From Odoribacter sp. OttesenSCG-928-L07 (lineage in GTDB: Bacteria; Bacteroidota; Bacteroidia; Bacteroidales; BM520): 64,000 nt of DNA. The notes under the pieces were generated by a model. It saw only the letters and a program-made list of their open reading frames with translations, was not told the origin of the DNA and ran no database searches. The position numbers and the translations under genes were made by a program. Location: positions 4,418 through 68,417 of the forward strand of contig JAJDHA010000003.1 in NCBI GenBank assembly GCA_030265965.1, written 5' to 3'. Shown here piece by piece: positions 62,445 through 64,000 of the stretch (within the stretch, counting starts at the first letter, position 1; each line of letters begins with the position of its first letter).

Positions 62445-63269
62445 ATGCAAATAAATTTAAAACGACCAATTGTATTTTTTGACTTGGAAACCACAGGTTT
62501 ATCCATCACTAAAGATAAAATCATAGAATTAGCCATGCTTAAAGTTAATGTAGATAATTCTACTAAAGAAAAAACATGGATGATTAATCCTGAGATGCCG
62601 ATTCCATACGAATCATCTGTAATTCATAATATTACAGATGAAGATGTGATTGATAAACCTACTTTCAAACAAGTAGCAAAAGAAATTGCTGAGTTTATCG
62701 GAAACGCTGACCTCGCCGGATTTAATGCAATTAAGTTCGATATTCCATTTTTAGTTGAAGAATTTTTAAAAGCAGGTGTCGATTTTAAAATTCGCGACAG
62801 AAAATTTGTTGATGTTCAAAATATCTTTCATAAAATGGAGCCGCGTAATCTTTCAGCTGCATACAAATTCTATTGCGATAGTGAAATTGTTGATGCTCAC
62901 CGCGCAATGAACGACACAAAAGCTACTTACGAGATTTTCCTTGCTCAACTTGAGAGATATGAAAATACAGAGATTAAAGATAAATTTGGGAAAAATTGTA
63001 CTCCTGTTGTTAATGATATTGATAAATTGAGCGACTTTACTCATCAAACAAAAAGCGTTGATCTTGCCGGTTATATAATTTATAATGATAACGGTCAAGA
63101 AATATTTACCTTTGGAAAACATAAAAATAGACCCGTACGCGAAGTTTTTGGCTTCGAACCACAATATTACGACTGGATTGTTAAAAGCGATTTTCCCGAA
63201 TACACAAAAAAAGTTTTAACTCGAATTTATACTGAGATGAAACAAGGAGATGGCTTTAAACTTTTTTAA
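62445..63269 (+). CDS. DEDDh 3-prime-5-prime exonuclease (DnaQ-like) with C-terminal extension
   Basis: FFDLETTGL (ExoI), GFNAIKFDIPFL (ExoII) and HRAMNDT (ExoIII). Confidence 0.8.
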   Translation: MQINLKRPIVFFDLETTGLSITKDKIIELAMLKVNVDNSTKEKTWMINPEMPIPYESSVIHNITDEDVIDKPTFKQVAKEIAEFIGNADLAGFNAIKFDIPFLVEEFLKAGVDFKIRDRKFVDVQNIFHKMEPRNLSAAYKFYCDSEIVDAHRAMNDTKATYEIFLAQLERYENTEIKDKFGKNCTPVVNDIDKLSDFTHQTKSVDLAGYIIYNDNGQEIFTFGKHKNRPVREVFGFEPQYYDWIVKSDFPEYTKKVLTRIYTEMKQGDGFKLF

Positions 63270-63307
63270 TTGAGAATTGAGAATGAAATTCTGAATATTT
63301 TGTCTAT

Positions 63308-63934
63308 ATGAAAATAATCTGTATCGGAAATAATTACAAGGATCACAATAAAGAGTTACAGTCGTTTGGATTTGAAAATAAACTTCCAAGCGAGCCGACT
63401 GTTTTTTCTAAACCTGATACGGCGCTTTTAGTTAATAATAAGCCGTTTTATTATCCTGAGTTTTCGCAAAACATTCATTACGAGACAGAACTTGTTATTA
63501 AAATTGATAAAATAGGGAAGTATATACAAAAAGAATTTGCTTCAACATATTATTCCGAAATAGCTGTCGGTATAGATTTTACAGCTCGCGATTTACAACA
63601 AATACATAGAGCTGAATCAAAGCCTTGGTTGTTGTCGAAAGGTTTTGATAACGCGGCGCCGATTAGTAAGTTTCTTCCAATCAATACATTAAAAAATAGC
63701 GATGAAATTGATTTTTCATTAAAGTTGAATGATGAGATTGTTCAAAGAGGAAATTCAAAAAATATGATTTTCAATTTTGATGAGCTAATTGTATATATTT
63801 CAAGATTCATAACGTTGAGAATAGGCGACATCATTTTTACAGGAACGCCTGCAGGAGTAGGACCGGTGAAGATTGGAGATAAGTTGACAGCGTACATTGA
63901 AGATATGGAAGTGATGAAGTTTGATGTGAGATGA
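63308..63934 (+). CDS. Fumarylacetoacetate hydrolase family protein
   Basis: 208 aa. YETELVIKI and GDIIFTGTPAGVGP motifs. Confidence 0.85.
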   Translation: MKIICIGNNYKDHNKELQSFGFENKLPSEPTVFSKPDTALLVNNKPFYYPEFSQNIHYETELVIKIDKIGKYIQKEFASTYYSEIAVGIDFTARDLQQIHRAESKPWLLSKGFDNAAPISKFLPINTLKNSDEIDFSLKLNDEIVQRGNSKNMIFNFDELIVYISRFITLRIGDIIFTGTPAGVGPVKIGDKLTAYIEDMEVMKFDVR

Positions 63935-64000
63935 TTTTGAAAATATTTTATTTTTGCATTTTAAGTTTAGATATTTGGTTAGAAGATATAGAATACATAT

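Noticed and set aside
1-64000. Searched for rRNA, tRNA, tmRNA/SRP/RNase P signatures, transposases, integrases, phage or toxin-antitoxin genes, and obvious defence islands.
   Set aside because: I recognised none by eye. The GC-rich intergenic islands do not fold into cloverleaf-like patterns and lack T-loop GTTCRANNC motifs. I cannot exclude small ncRNAs without covariance-model searches.

Overview
This is an AT-rich, Bacteroidota-type chromosomal segment. The phylum call rests on TAnnTTTG -7 promoter boxes in front of most genes, a fused SecDF, a T9SS C-terminal sorting domain, ribosomal protein THX and typical Bacteroidota DUF families. I call 49 coding regions, mostly housekeeping: sdaA, murB, gcvT, coaD, rsmD, rpmE, dprA, lgt, ftsK, secDF, rsmE, recQ, fmt, hup and ppdK, plus peptidases and envelope or glycan genes. 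I found no rRNA, tRNA, CRISPR array, transposase, integrase or phage genes. All product calls come from motif and family recognition by eye, and no homology search was possible.

The most unusual property is in the non-coding DNA. Most of the longer intergenic gaps are assembled from a small set of recurring short modules:
- A (TTTCAAC)n heptad array fused to a canonical -7 box, forming a portable promoter cassette in front of 7 unrelated genes.
- A 37-bp element that sits exactly on gene boundaries and donates stop codons.
- A 24-27-bp hairpin element found in intergenic DNA and also in frame inside two proteins.
- GTCACNC heptad/octad arrays of 90-150 bp.
- An ATTCGTG octamer array with a 73-bp higher-order period.
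- CCGATAAAR nonamer arrays.
- GC-rich hairpin families with conserved stem bases and compensatory inner changes.
- A roughly 105-bp GC-rich element.

At least 9 CDSs terminate inside or against one of these modules.

Gene-level points worth a second look:
- A MurD-like ligase translationally coupled to a PP-loop/CxxC protein, a candidate MurD2/MurL L-Glu ligase plus epimerase route.
- Two tandem, diverged 1040-aa DUF2723 (TMEM260-like GT-C) paralogues, each with its own promoter cassette.
- A 5-gene heptose/GT2 operon that lacks the heptose kinase and whose HddC-GmhB fusion has a linker encoded by three tandem repeat copies.
- An internally deleted DUF1016 nuclease remnant.
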